Origin: Takakia lepidozioides
Taxonomy: Eukaryota > Plantae > Bryophyta
Direction: 5' to 3'
DNA: 64,000 nucleotides
Assembly: GCA_030704615.1 (NCBI GenBank)
Contig: CM060731.1
Span: forward strand, 29,140,001 to 29,204,000
Position numbers and translations under genes: made by a program. The notes under the pieces are model-generated. The model searched no databases, was not told where the DNA came from, and saw only the letters and a program-made list of their open reading frames with translations. Shown here piece by piece: positions 12,801 to 25,200 of this stretch. Numbering within the stretch: the stretch's first letter is position 1; each line of letters begins with the position of its first letter.

Positions 12801-13489
12801 AGGACATCTTGGATGACCTCAAGGATAAGAGTAGGTGTGAAAGTTACTTGACAAGCTTTTGTGCAAATTGTAACAATAGTCAGGGTTTACTGTGGGTACA
12901 GGGAAGCTACATGCACCACTCGTGACAAGGTACATATCTAAATCAATCTGAGACATGCTTATTTCAGATGTGGTGTTCAGCATAGTTAACAATGTTAGGA
13001 AATGAGTTTAGGGAGTTGGTTGGCTTCATTTTGTTTCTGCTGTCATTTCCATTGGAAGGGTGTGACTTGAACCTTGCTAGCCAGCAACATGTGTTTGCAG
13101 TGCTTGTATTCTTTGAAAATGTGAGCAAGAAGGCCCTAACTGGTAAACTAGTCTGTGAGCAAAACACATGAAGAACAATTGGAGTGAAGGGGTTACTGTT
13201 TGTGTCATGGCTGGTCTGTAATGCTTGGAATTAAGTTTAGGTTGATGGTCAGTGTGACTGTTGAGTGTTTATTGTCTCCGCAATATTAGGTTGCTGGCCA
13301 ATCTGCTAAAAATAGAGCCACATCTGAAGAGCTTGCAGGCAGCAGTAGACAATTTCAGGGTGTGTTCTCTGCCCTATAACAACATTGTCTTTTTGTGAAG
13401 ATAGGAATAGGGGTCCAGTGCTACGAGCTCGGAGCACCGAGCTTTTCAAACAACATTGTTTTTTCCAGGAGATAGGAAGGTATCTAAAC

Positions 13490-15117
13490 ATGGGAAGATC
13501 CAACATAACAGGGAAGCGTATCAAAGTGAAGTCAAGACGTCATGAAGCCCCTTCATCTTGCGTTGTGTCTGTTGTAGCAAACAGTGACGTCGTACCAACT
13601 CCTGTTACCTCGACAGAGCCGGCGCGTACAGGAGGAGGGCAAGGAGTGCTAGGAGGGCAAGGAAGTAAGTTCGTGCTTATTTACAACTCTTGGGACTCCT
13701 AGGGGATTCCTAGTTTCAAGTACATTTTCATTCTTTTATTGCTTGGATTGTATGCAACGTCTTTACTTCCACAGAGGTATTAAAAGGTGTCTTTTCTGTA
13801 CAGAGGTATGTGCATTATGTGCAGGATAGGTGTAGTGCTAAACACAGAAGTATAATAGATGCCTAGAGACAAATATCTTTACAAAGGTATCATCATGTAG
13901 GTGAATCTCCATTTCTAAAACCCTGGTATGCCTAATTTCACACATCCACTATCTATGTTATTTAGGTGGTTCGTTTGCACAAGAGGGGGTGCACTACAAA
14001 CGGGAGAATGGACATTGGTTTTGTTTGATCTGCGGCGAAGGACCTTCTATGGGTTGGAAGGACAAACATAACTTCCAAAACCACCTTGTGGTAAAGTGTG
14101 GAGGTCCTCGCCTCCTTCCAGGTAAGCCTGGTCGCCCTACGGATGGGAAGAAGAGAAAACAAAATTACCATAGAACGAACATGAAGATCTATGGGGATGC
14201 AGATAAGAGAAAGAGGGTGTATGAGAACAAGGCGCGTTACAGAACCAAATTGAAAGCGGAGCGACTGTGGGAAATGGCACAAGGTGGTTCTATGGCCATG
14301 GAAAGCAAGAGCAAGCAAGCACCATTGTTGGCAACATTGTTCGATGAAGATGTGTACGACCACTTCGGGATTCCCAAATGGGGAAGGGGCGATTTATCAG
14401 CTAAGACCTTGGATGATATCGTGGGTGCGAATGCGACTGGTAAGTGGGTGAGGAACAAACTTGCTCAGTACAAACCGATTAGGGGTTACAAGCAAGACTT
14501 GGCACGGATGAAAAGAATCTATAGGGATGGCAAGGATTACTGGAAGATGCCTCGTCGCAAGTTGCGAAAAGAGGTGGCCAACAGCTTGCTAACCTACCAT
14601 GAGGAAGAAAGCTGCAAACAAAGGTATTATTCTGCCTTTGCATACTTCTTGTTTGTATCGTACATGTGTTCACCAATCAGTGCGATTTCAAACTAACCCT
14701 TGTGACTAAATATTTTGTAGATCGTTGGTGTTCACATTGACAAAGGCAGAGTTTGTCAAGACGTACGTCAATGCAGAGATAGAGAAGTGGAGATTCGTGG
14801 ATCCCCTTCATGCCAAAGCGTGTGCTTTAGCGACCAAGCGCTACAAGAAAAGTGAAAAGTGTGAGTGTTCACTTGTCAAATATTTCATGCTATGTTTCTA
14901 TTCAACATGCCAATTGGACTCTAAGATGTGTACTTTGTTTCCATGTTGTATAGACAAGCAACTAGACAATGACGACAATGCAAACACGGAGGATGAAGAA
15001 GGGACAAACAATGATGGAGGAGATGAGGGAGAGGAGGAAGAAACAGATGACGACGATGCAGATGAGGAGGAGGAGGAGGAGGAGGAGCATGATGATGATG
15101 AAGAGGAAGGAATGTAG
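13490..15117 (+). CDS. Hypothetical 378-aa protein with CCHC zinc finger, AT-hook-like motif, basic core and D/E-rich tail; exons 13490-13664, 13966-14623, 14721-14860, 14954-15117
   Basis: Three GT-AG introns with matching phases give a 1137-nt open frame. Motif WFCLICGEGPSMGWKDKHNFQNHLVVKC followed by PGKPGRP. Confidence 0.7.
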
Positions 15118-15556
15118 AACAAATCGAATCAGGGCCTCTTTTTTGGCTACCTTCACCTTGTAAGTATGGAGAAAATTCTGAGACTTGTTTGTGTGTTTCT
15201 TCTTACTCTCTTTTTGACATTCTAGTTGCCTAAGAAAAGTGCCCAAATAATGGTACAAAGATACGGACTACACTACTCCATTGTAGGGAGGCTATGTCGC
15301 TATTGTCCTACCAAGAGGAATGTGGTTTGCAGGCTGTGTAGGCGCCGGGTGGTTTTCCTAGCCTCAAGTATAGCTCCCAGGAACATTTGCTAAATGGGTG
15401 CATACAACATAAAAGTTGTAGGCCGAGGCTATGTACATATTTTGAGGCTGTGGATACAGTGACTGCTTTAGGATTAAGCATGTAAATGGGTACATTGGGA
15501 GTCCAATTCACTTACTCTTTGGCCATGTTGCTGATCTGGTGCTTGTGCATTTGTAG

Positions 15557-15676
15557 GATTTTAAGCAGAAGTATCCAGACGTGATTGTGCCAAACCCGCT
15601 AGAAGCCATTCAACAGCTGCGAAACAGGCAGTCGATGCTTCAGGATGTGGCCGATCTAGACCTTTGTGACTATGTG
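15557..15676 (+). pseudogene. Isolated exon of inositol-tetrakisphosphate 1-kinase (ITPK)
   Basis: After the ttgtag acceptor: DFKQKYPDVIVPNPLEAIQQLRNRQSMLQDVADLDLCDY, matching the plant ITPK AIQHLHNRQSMLQDVADL motif. No neighbouring exons seen. Confidence 0.8.
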
Positions 15677-15904
15677 GTTGGTTTTAGGCCAGTACACAGT
15701 GCCTTCAACCAGCTCTTATATCTATTTGACCTGGAGTTTCGGTTTAGGGGCATCAATTTAATCAATTTTACTCACACTGAGAACCAAATTTTGAGTAACC
15801 AGTCATATTGCAGACTTAAGTTAATTTAAATCTCAGTGATTGAGTGAGTGAGTCCACGGCAATGCCTGGATACATGAGAAGTTGACCTGCATTTTGTTGT
15901 TTTC

Positions 15905-16844
15905 CATTTCTTGCAACTTTTGGAATTTGAATATAGTCCTGGACGACCATCCGATCTGCTTCCTTCTTTTCATAGCCCCGTGTTTTCATTTTGCTCGTGT
16001 TGTTTGCAATCTGGGTATCCCGCAACAAAGAGGAAGATTTAAAGAACTTAGTTGATGAATTATGTTCTGCATGATTCCCACATCTGAGGAACAACGGAAT
16101 CACCAGTCATGAAGCAGGTTAGAGGTCTGCTACAAGTGGTCACTTGCGTATGGGCTAATATGGACTTGGTAGTGATCTTCCTGTGCAGACCGTTGTCCAT
16201 GTGCTTTTCAATCAATCTGCGGTTCCAGTACAAAAGAATGTAGAGGTATTGACCACAAGGGGAAGCAATATAACTTGGCATAGGGGCTGATATGGACTTG
16301 ACATTGATCTTCCATGTGCACACCTCTCTCCATGTGCTGCTCATCCACCACTCTGAGCTTAACCCAGATGGCATTGGAGGTTGTGCAGCTACTGACATTT
16401 TTCAAATACTTCTTGTCAATGGCGCTGACAAAGAAGACTGAACACCTGACTATCTATTTTGATCCATTCAGTGTAAGTAGGCAGGTTTTCCGGAGTGTTT
16501 GCGGGCTTAGTTGTTGTACCATCAACATAGCCCATCAGTTCTTTGCCCAGAAACACTGCTCGCATTTGGAACTTCCAGAGGTGGAAGACTTGCCCGTTAA
16601 ACCTATCGATATTCCCAAGATCCCGAGAGGCGTCCATGCTAGAGTACTACACAGTGTAAAAAGACGAATAAATAAACTATGTCCAAGGCTGGGCTGACGT
16701 AACTAGAACTTTGTGGACAAAAAGATCAACACAGCTGACGCTATGTGACGAGATAGCTACAAAGTAACATTGGCAGAGATGCTAAGGGTACTGAAAAAAA
16801 AAATTAATAGCGTAGCTTTACAAGTCACGTATAAAGGCCCCATA
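15905..16844 (-). mobile_element. Ty1/Copia second half of PBS, leader and degenerate gag/protease fragment
   Basis: IDRFNGQVFHLWKFQMRAVFLGKELMGYVDG (UBN2-type gag start) and SNAIWVKL. On the minus strand the segment begins TATGGGGCC. Confidence 0.85.
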
Positions 16845-17211
16845 TAGGGAATTCCAAATAGGCCTTGATGTGAAATGCAGCGCAATTCACTTGATCAGAT
16901 GCCAATTCAATTGAATTGCGATGCCAATTCAATTGAACTAACCCTAATTTGCAATTCAATTGAATTGCTGACTGCAATTCAATTGAATTGTAATCTATAA
17001 TTTTTAACGCAGTTTTGTATATAATATATATAATATATTATCATGTGTATGTATATGTATATGTATATGTATCGTATACACATATACATACGAGAGTATT
17101 AGATGAATATACATGCTGGCCCGTCTATTCCTGCTGCCCGTCCATCCTTTGCTTGTGGTAAGGCCTAAGTCACGACATGAGTCGCGTACCCTAAAGGAGA
17201 GATATATACTA
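16845..17211 (+). repeat. Terminal repeat copy 2 of the same element
   Basis: Same as 8251-8588 plus 23-bp and 6-bp unit duplications; preceded by CCCATA (reverse complement TATGGG). Confidence 0.9.
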
Positions 17212-17519
17212 GAGAGAGAGCGAGAGGGGAAAGGGAGAGAGAAATGAAGTGATGAAGGGTTTTTAGGGCAGAGGTGCCCTAAAAGTGAAAGGATCAAATC
17301 AGTTGGAGGACGAGAAGTAACGAGAGAAGAATGCAACAACAAGTTTAGGGTTGAGCGGTGGTGGAGCGGTGGTGGCGCTATGTATGATGGAAGCCTTCTT
17401 GGATCACCAAATGACAAGATCTGCCCATGAGTAAGCACATTCCCATATTGGCATGAGTTTCCCCAATCATTGATAAAGATATCATTTTAGCTAAAGCTGT
17501 AGTTCTTGTGTACGTGCAG

Positions 17520-17617
17520 GTGACTCATGAGTTTTGAGGAGAGAACTTTAGGGGTAGTAGAGTGGGTTACCAAACGCTCCTCAACACATACACTGAAAGA
17601 AAGAGCTTGATCACATG
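17520..17617 (+). pseudogene. Isolated degenerate exon of xylose isomerase
   Basis: Between the gtgcag acceptor and gtttgt donor: [21 protein letters not shown]...ELDHM, versus the family motif [26 protein letters not shown]..RELDH. Confidence 0.75.
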
Positions 17618-18410
17618 GTTTGTCTTCAACCTGCCCACACTGTGTACTGTGGTTTGCTAATACATTTTAGGATAGCCTGCGCACCAACGACCCTGAGAAA
17701 TTTTTGTGTATCAATCTCTTCTGAGGATGAGTTTGACTGGTGGGTGTTGCTTACAATCTAAATATGTTAGCATGTTTCATCTGCACCTTGAGACACTAAC
17801 CAATTTCATACTGCCAAGCCCTTATAGTGTCAATATATGGCTATGTACATATACCAAACATGATACCACTGTAAGAGTATCAACGTCTAAGAGTTGATAT
17901 ATTAAACTCTCTATCGAACACACAACCCAATTGCAACATGATACCTTTGCAAGGGTATCGAAACAAGATTATTGGAGATAATTCTCGAAATGAATATGTC
18001 TTTTGTTTTCTCTGGGGTTGTGTCATGGGGGCCAGATACTACTGCCAGGGGAGTACATGATGATGCAGGGGAAGCCATTCATCAATTGTGAGGTTTGAAA
18101 TTGTTTGTTTCTTTCAGAGGTAGCCATATATCTTTTGCCAGTGAATCAGAGGAAGCTGAAGCACTTCTGAGTAAGCCATCTGTCTCCCAAAGGGTCCCCC
18201 AAAAAATGAGATGGAGCTAGCCCTGGCATGCACATCAAACCCATTTAGCTCACAAGCAGTTTAAGGAGGTTTGCATAAACATTTGGCCAAGGTTTGAGGG
18301 CTTTGCCTCATTCCAACAACAATATTTACCAAAGCACATAACGTGCTTGTAATAACACTCGGGCTGCATGTGGGGTTCATGGGATGCTGAATGGAAGTTG
18401 AGGAATTTGA

Positions 18411-18539
18411 AAGGCTGGAGTGGGAATCGAGAGCATGAATGCTGAGTTCTACAATAGTGATGAGATTATGGTTGTAGTGCAACGTTGTAGTGGGTTTGTT
18501 ATTGGCAGCCCAACACTTGCAAGCCACATGCCCACTCCT
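18411..18539 (+). pseudogene. Flavodiiron protein (FLV) flavodoxin-domain fragment
   Basis: KAGVGIESMNAEFYNSDEIMVVVQRCSGFVIGSPTLASHMPTP matches the KAGV.VE...GF.IGSPTLGGH.PTP motif of cyanobacterial and plant Flv proteins. Confidence 0.8.
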
Positions 18540-20089
18540 ATGAAGGTGTGACTGGTGATCTAGTGACCAGTCACTTAGTCAAACCAGCGATACGCCGCCA
18601 CGTTGGTTCACGGGTGTAACGACACGTCAGCAATCCTCGTCAGCGTTGTTGACGCCACGTCACGTCATGCCATGTCATTCCTATAACTGCGGATAGAACA
18701 GACGGAAGGGGGGAATGCTAGATCGTGAGCCCAGAGGCGTGAGGTAGGTACCTATTTCCGCGGAATGATTTACCCTTTCTAGTCATTGCAAACTACATCT
18801 TTAACATCCATCCCACCGCCGGTCCTCATGTCATAAACTGCGATTTGATAAGTGTGCGATTGCCGAAGTGAGATCTTTATCATGGTAGAGGAGATATAAT
18901 GATTCTTGGAACGAGAAATTGGTGGAGATAGAGGGCATTTTGTGCCATAGATTAGCTGGATGAAGTATGGAGTATCTAAAGATTGAGAGAATGTTCTATA
19001 GTATGTGAGGTGATCATTACAAAGGGTGGAAAGAAGATGTCAACGTTTTAGATCTATGGACTAAGTCTCTCTCTTATTAGTGTTCTATGTAGTTCCAGTT
19101 GTCTAGCGGATTTGAGTCCTTGTGTATTTGTGTGTTGATGGCATCCTTATTGTCTGCTAGCTCTGGCAAGCTCATCTTAAAAGAAAGTATGAAAAAATAG
19201 GAGGAAATACCTGACTGATGCTCACTCAACGATAAACTTTGTATTTTTATGGATCTTCCTTAAGACAACCGAGCCAGGCCCAAGCTTGAGCTTAAAACCC
19301 CATAGGATTTTTGGATTTAGAAGTTTGAGGACACTGTTATAAGGCCACGAGGGTTGTTACCACCAAGACTTAGTAGAAAGAACTAACAGTACACAAGGTG
19401 CGAACATAGGCCTTGAAGGTTGCATAGATTGGGCAAATACTACAAAACTTGTATGCTATAGTTGAGATTGTGCGTAAGCTACCACTGCAAGAGTGAGCCA
19501 AGTAGTGTAACTCGGGTATTAGTATTCCAATCGGTGTAACTCTCTGTAACCCCTGTCTCTCATGTAACTCTGGTTCCATTTTGTGTAACCCCGAGTGGAG
19601 TTACACACCTCATCGTGTAACCCAATGTAATCCCAAGTAGAGTTACACACCTCGTCGTGTAACCCCGACTGGAGTTTACGCTCCTTCACTTCCATGTCAC
19701 TCTCAAGAGAGGGTGGGGGTAGATTTGACATGCCGGAAACCGGCGTATCATTGTGTCAAAGGTTGCATGTGTGCATTAAGTTCTTACGTTATCCCTATTA
19801 TCTTCCCTTTTATTATATTGACAAATTAACTTCTTAAGTGTCTAAGAGCCCCACTGGCTGCAGGACGATGCTAAATAAATATTCGTGAAGGCCTCAATAT
19901 ATTGAAAGACAGAAATTTCATCATTTTCTTTGCAACAACTGAGATGTGTTCAGCAAAAGCTCACATGACCTACGCAGAATCAACATGTTGCAGCATGAAA
20001 TTCTAAGCCTATAGAGAAACTGTGAGGTAACGTGCTGTCATTTGAGATGAAATGAAAAAAATGCTTGACGCCCACGTATTCACACCCTC

Positions 20090-20940
20090 CATACCCAAAG
20101 GCCAGGACTACTTTTCAACACTTAATGGATACTGGTCTTGTAGGTAACCTCTAGTGGGAATATCCAAGAGTGTACATTTGATGACATCAATGTCTACTTT
20201 GCTACTTTTAAAGCTCATTTGAAGGATTCCAAGGGTGATGTGCATGTTACTTATTGTGGCTAAAAGTCAAGGCTATAAAGTGCGACCCTTGTATGGAAGA
20301 GTTGCATTTTTTGGGCCAGAGCTACTTGTATCAATCTTGACCCTGACAAAATGTAGGCAGCATGGGAATATCCATCTTCCAAGGACAAGAATTGTGTTGA
20401 GAGTATTTTTTGGGTTAGCTTCTTATTACCACTGATTTATTTTACAAGTATTTTGCTAGGTTGGCTGCTCCCCTCACACGACTGCTTTGCAAGGATGTTT
20501 CGATTTGTCTGCGGGTCTGCTCATGAGATTTTTCATTTGAGGAAACTAGAGATAGCTCTCACTACAACACTAGTATTGTTGATCATAACCCTGACGTCAA
20601 TCCATCATTTCCGTTGCAAATAGATGCACTTGTGTTTGTTGTGCTAAGTTAGATGAAGGATGTAAAAGAGCATACGGTGGCTTACGCTTCCAGAAGCTTG
20701 GACGAACATGAAGGCAACTACTCTATCCCGGACATAGAAGGTTTTGCAGTGTCAAATGTTTCAGGCAATACTTACATGGGTGTGCATATATTGTGGAAAC
20801 ATATACATGCCTCTCGAAGCCTTAGTTATATCACGAGAGTTGACTGCCCATCGCGCAAGGTGGGTTTTGGTTTTACAGGTTTTTGACTTCTCCATGGCAT
20901 GCAAGCATGGGAAGACAACATCAACACGGATGCCTTGACC
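20090..20940 (+). mobile_element. Highly degenerate Ty3/Gypsy RT-RNase H (host element possibly ~18547-21700)
   Basis: GYW, DDINVY, LRVFFGLASYY, AAPLTRLLCKD, VAYASRSLDEHEGNYS, ARWVLVLQ in broken frames. Confidence 0.8.
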
Positions 20941-22238
20941 TGTGGGGAAACCAAAACTCGGGATCCCTGCTAGAACCCTACACAATACTCTAGATGATTT
21001 GTTGACTACCATTTGCCTCCAGTCTCTCCATGAACAACTAAGTTTATGGAAACATTGGCAAAGTTACGAAGCAGGGGGCAGCAGCTTAAAAAGAGGAACT
21101 AGGAGCTGGAGCCACGAAAGCAAGAAAATATAAAGGCAAACTTCATTTCTAAACAAGGTAAAAGAAGGGTGTAAGGAAATAGCGTAGTTTTTTAGTAGTT
21201 AGACTAGGCCCTTTCATGAAAGACTACCTAAAGGGAAGCTCCGAAAGCATAGCCAATTGAGTGGCTGGAAGCATCCATAAATCAATCGAACTTGGTCTAT
21301 AGGCAGGCTTGGCTTTTGTTTGTCTAGGCATCTATCTCAGAACTTGAGTCATCTGAGCTATCCTAGCTGTCTGCAATTTGAAAAGTAAGCCTCTTGCACC
21401 ATAAATGGCTGTCACATTTACATACGACAACTATTTGTGCCATGCAAAATGTGAACATACCCTAATTACGGTAGGAAAATACAAAGGAAGAGGTGTCCCA
21501 TGGGCCAGTGCAGTACTAGTGCAAAGTGGAGGTGGTAGAGGTGACTCATGGATCGGTGGAGTGATGCAAAGTGAAGGCGGAGGTAGCTATGCTGCTCTCC
21601 AATTTGCATGGTAATTAACCTCCTCTAAGTTACCTGCCACATCAGCCGAGAGGATAGTTTATCATGTCCAAGCTGAATGGGCCATGATAAGAACTGGCAC
21701 GACTGATAGCATGTTCACTGGAGAAACTGTTGGGCATGGTTGCCGCCTATTGCCAAAAGTCAGCTGTCAGCTTCTTCGAGTACTGTGGTGTACTAACGCT
21801 TGGTGCATCCCTTTGAGCCTGGGCATATAACACAATATTTGGCACAAACCCAGGGCCCACCTTCCCTACTCAGGTGAGGCCAAACTCTACTGTAAGTACA
21901 ACTGAGGGGTTACTACAACAGAGTTGGACAGATTCCACTACACTCTAGTTAATCAACTACTTTTACTCGCTCACTATTGAGTATCCTTTGCGACAAACAC
22001 CATCTTTCCGCAATAAAGTGGGACGTGGCTATTTACGTATCATCCAAAATTGTGCTTGAGTTGTACAGATCTTATTCTGAAAGAATCAGGTATGCAAGTT
22101 GCTCCAAAACTGTTCTATGCGACCTTGTCCGAAACATTCTAAACCTACCTTGAATACCGGTACATTGGCCAATAATATCTAGGCGCAGCTCTGAGCTCCA
22201 CCAGATTAGTCATGACCAGAGAAGGGAGAAGATCTTAT

Positions 22239-25200
22239 TCACGCTTGAGCTGCCAATTTCTTGCCTCCCTGTGTTAGCTTGATCCATTCTAGGACATGAG
22301 CACATGCCTCTGGATTTGAGAAGATCCTGAAAACCATCACTACACAATTACATGCTGCCTTAACCAAATAATACGATCTATCTCTGTGAACATGCCCTTC
22401 CCAGTCACAACCTCAGCCAACCAATCAAGTCCATGGAACCAAAATATATACAACCGGGAGTATAATTTCTAACCTGTTTGTAGCCTGATAGTACTTCAAG
22501 ACTTTTCCTTCCTTGTAGCTGGCCGCTTTGCGTGCCTCACTCCCCTTCAACTCGGTGGCTAAGCCAGGGGGCCTCCGGTACTCTTTCTCTATAGCTTGCA
22601 ATATGTCATCCTGTTAGTGCAAAGGATTTATAAGTGTTGGTATTGCAATTGCACGGTGTAAATTGGAAAACTCATGCAGGTAATAGTATTGGCCCTGAAG
22701 ATTTCATTGTACATGCCAGTCCCCATCACCTTCAGCAAACAATTGAACCCAAGATGAATGAAAGGGATGAGATGTGAGGCACTGACTAGGGGTTGGGAAG
22801 CATCGATCCAATGGAATAGGCGTACTTCGCTACGCGCATCACTGCGAAACCATGTTAACTGCTTCTTCACCAGGTTCCTGCCAAATGGGAACTCCTCAGA
22901 ACCAGATATAAGGTACCTATACTCTCTGAGTGGCTTGTTAAGGGAGTTAAAAGCCAAACTGGGGCTGCCATCACAATTTTGTCACGCAATACTATTTTTG
23001 GTTGTAGTACCACGCAATCCAGAACCATCTCTCAGAATAAATCCATACTTGACATGAAAAAAAAAAATACCACACAGTTACACTTCTACTCAAATTAGCA
23101 CACATTGGTACAACCAAATTTCTAGAATAAAATCTATCCTTGGCAGCGTGTGTGTGTCTCAGACCTAGATGCTTGTTGGTATTCTGACAAAAATGCTAAA
23201 AATCGCTCCTCTGTGGTCATACCCCCCGCTGCACGGCACTCCAATAGAGATTCCATTGCCTGCTCCAGTACATGTACCATCAAATTAGTTGAGTTTCCGG
23301 CAAAAAGATTTGACGAGTGAATCTTCCTAATTGTGGAGCCCCCTATAGACCAGACAAGATCATCAACAATTAAGCACAACAAACAAAACCAACGGATGTA
23401 GTACTTCTTCAGGCATTTAACCCGCCTTCTACACAAGGAGTGCCAACAGAGGTCACCTTATTTGGTGCTATCAGTAATACCCTGACAGCTGGTTGCTCGC
23501 CGTCAAGTCTTACACATGAAACCTCTCCCAAGCATCATGGCTTTATCAATTTTCTGTTTGCCCTGTGCATAACCGGCTAGCCCTCAACTGCATCCAGTTG
23601 AATGGACCTCTCAGACCTGAAATGAAGGGCAATCTGAAAGATAAAAAGAGAAAGCATACCTCTTGATAGCCAATGGCACGGGATGCAGAGTTTGTATCAG
23701 GTTGGACACCCAAGTCAAGTAGCCATGATGCCTCCTCCAGCAGGCCTCCCATCTCTGCATCCAGTTGTGAAACAGCCAGGTGTGAGAGACTCCAAATGAT
23801 GTTTTAGAGAAAGACAACCATTCCATTGAGAGTGTCTTTCCAGCTACATGCAGCATTGTATTGTGGTGTCATACCTCATATCACATACATTTCGGATAGA
23901 AGACTGTCATACTTTTAAGTAGGGCGGACCACTTCTTTTGGAAAGATACACAGAACTAAATCACTGAATGCAGTGATAGGCACTTCGACAGCATACAAGT
24001 GATTGAAAACATTATTGTGTGATTGAAACCCTCAAGAGAGTTTGTTTATGTGAGGTCAGATTTCTATGGTGCCATCAAACCTGCTCAACACATGACCTCA
24101 AAAGTGAGGTAACCCGATTTACTGAAAATCGTTTCTCCAAAGTGTATGGAGTGTGCAGCCAGCATACAACGTCCCCCACCAGCGAGAATTACTAGGTCCA
24201 AATTACTCCATTATCTCAGCACAGAATAGTAGTATTCAATGCCGAGTTTACACACATACCAGACAAGCTCACATCAGGATTATGCCAGACAGTACCTGCT
24301 ACCATTTGCTCACACCGAAGTTCAATCCAATGGTACAGCTCTGCACGGTGTTGATACAAAAAATAACACTGGAAGTCGTAATCCCACTCTGTATCCCCAT
24401 TTATTCTATCCTCGCATTTCACCAAAGTTCCGTTTGGCTTAAGACATGCGGCGCGTGGACAGCCTGATACCTGTATGATCATTCCATTGTTCAGCATCAG
24501 CCATATGCACATAAATAATCATCTGTTCCTTTCCAGAAATCTCCAGATGATTGTGGAAATCTTTGTGTACTGATAAGTCTCATTTGCGGCCTATTGTTGT
24601 TGTGCACACCTCTGCAGGTTCTGGAGGTACTCAGGTACTGATCATTCACGAGGAAATTATGACATGATTGGGATTAAATGAAGCTAGCCACATACTGCCA
24701 ATTAAGCCCTAGAGTGGGTGATGAAGAATGAAAAAATAGCAGAGAGAAGTTGGTGGTGCAGATATGCATGCACATTAAGTGATGACTTGTCCACTTCTCC
24801 ACAGACCTGCAGTAGTGTGTAAAGTGATCTAGCAACATGCGAGAGGCCACCACAGGGTACCTTAGCAACTTCCAGGGCGCGTTGCGGCCGGTACCAGTCA
24901 TTCCGTGACAGGCTGTCGGCGGTCATCGGGTCACCAGCTTGAGCAAGCATGTGCACCCCCGTCTCCCAGCCTCCTCCCACGCTCCACCAACTGGGCTACA
25001 TCTGCCTCCACTGCAGCACGAACCTCTGGTGTAGCCTTTGGGACGCCAGCCTTCCCATTCATGTACCTGAGCAACCCACACAATTACATGCTCAACCCCT
25101 GCTGTACTGCTATGGACTCTCATGTCATCTACATGCTCTCACCACTCCAAAAGCATTAGTACATGTGCTATGAACTGAATGTCGTGTACCTTTATCATAA

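Noticed and set aside
8251-17211. The two direct repeats as LTRs of a retrotransposon
   Set aside because: No TG..CA ends, PBS, PPT or outer TSD. The shared TATGGG sits at the same end of both copies in opposite orientation, which fits TIRs plus an inversion.
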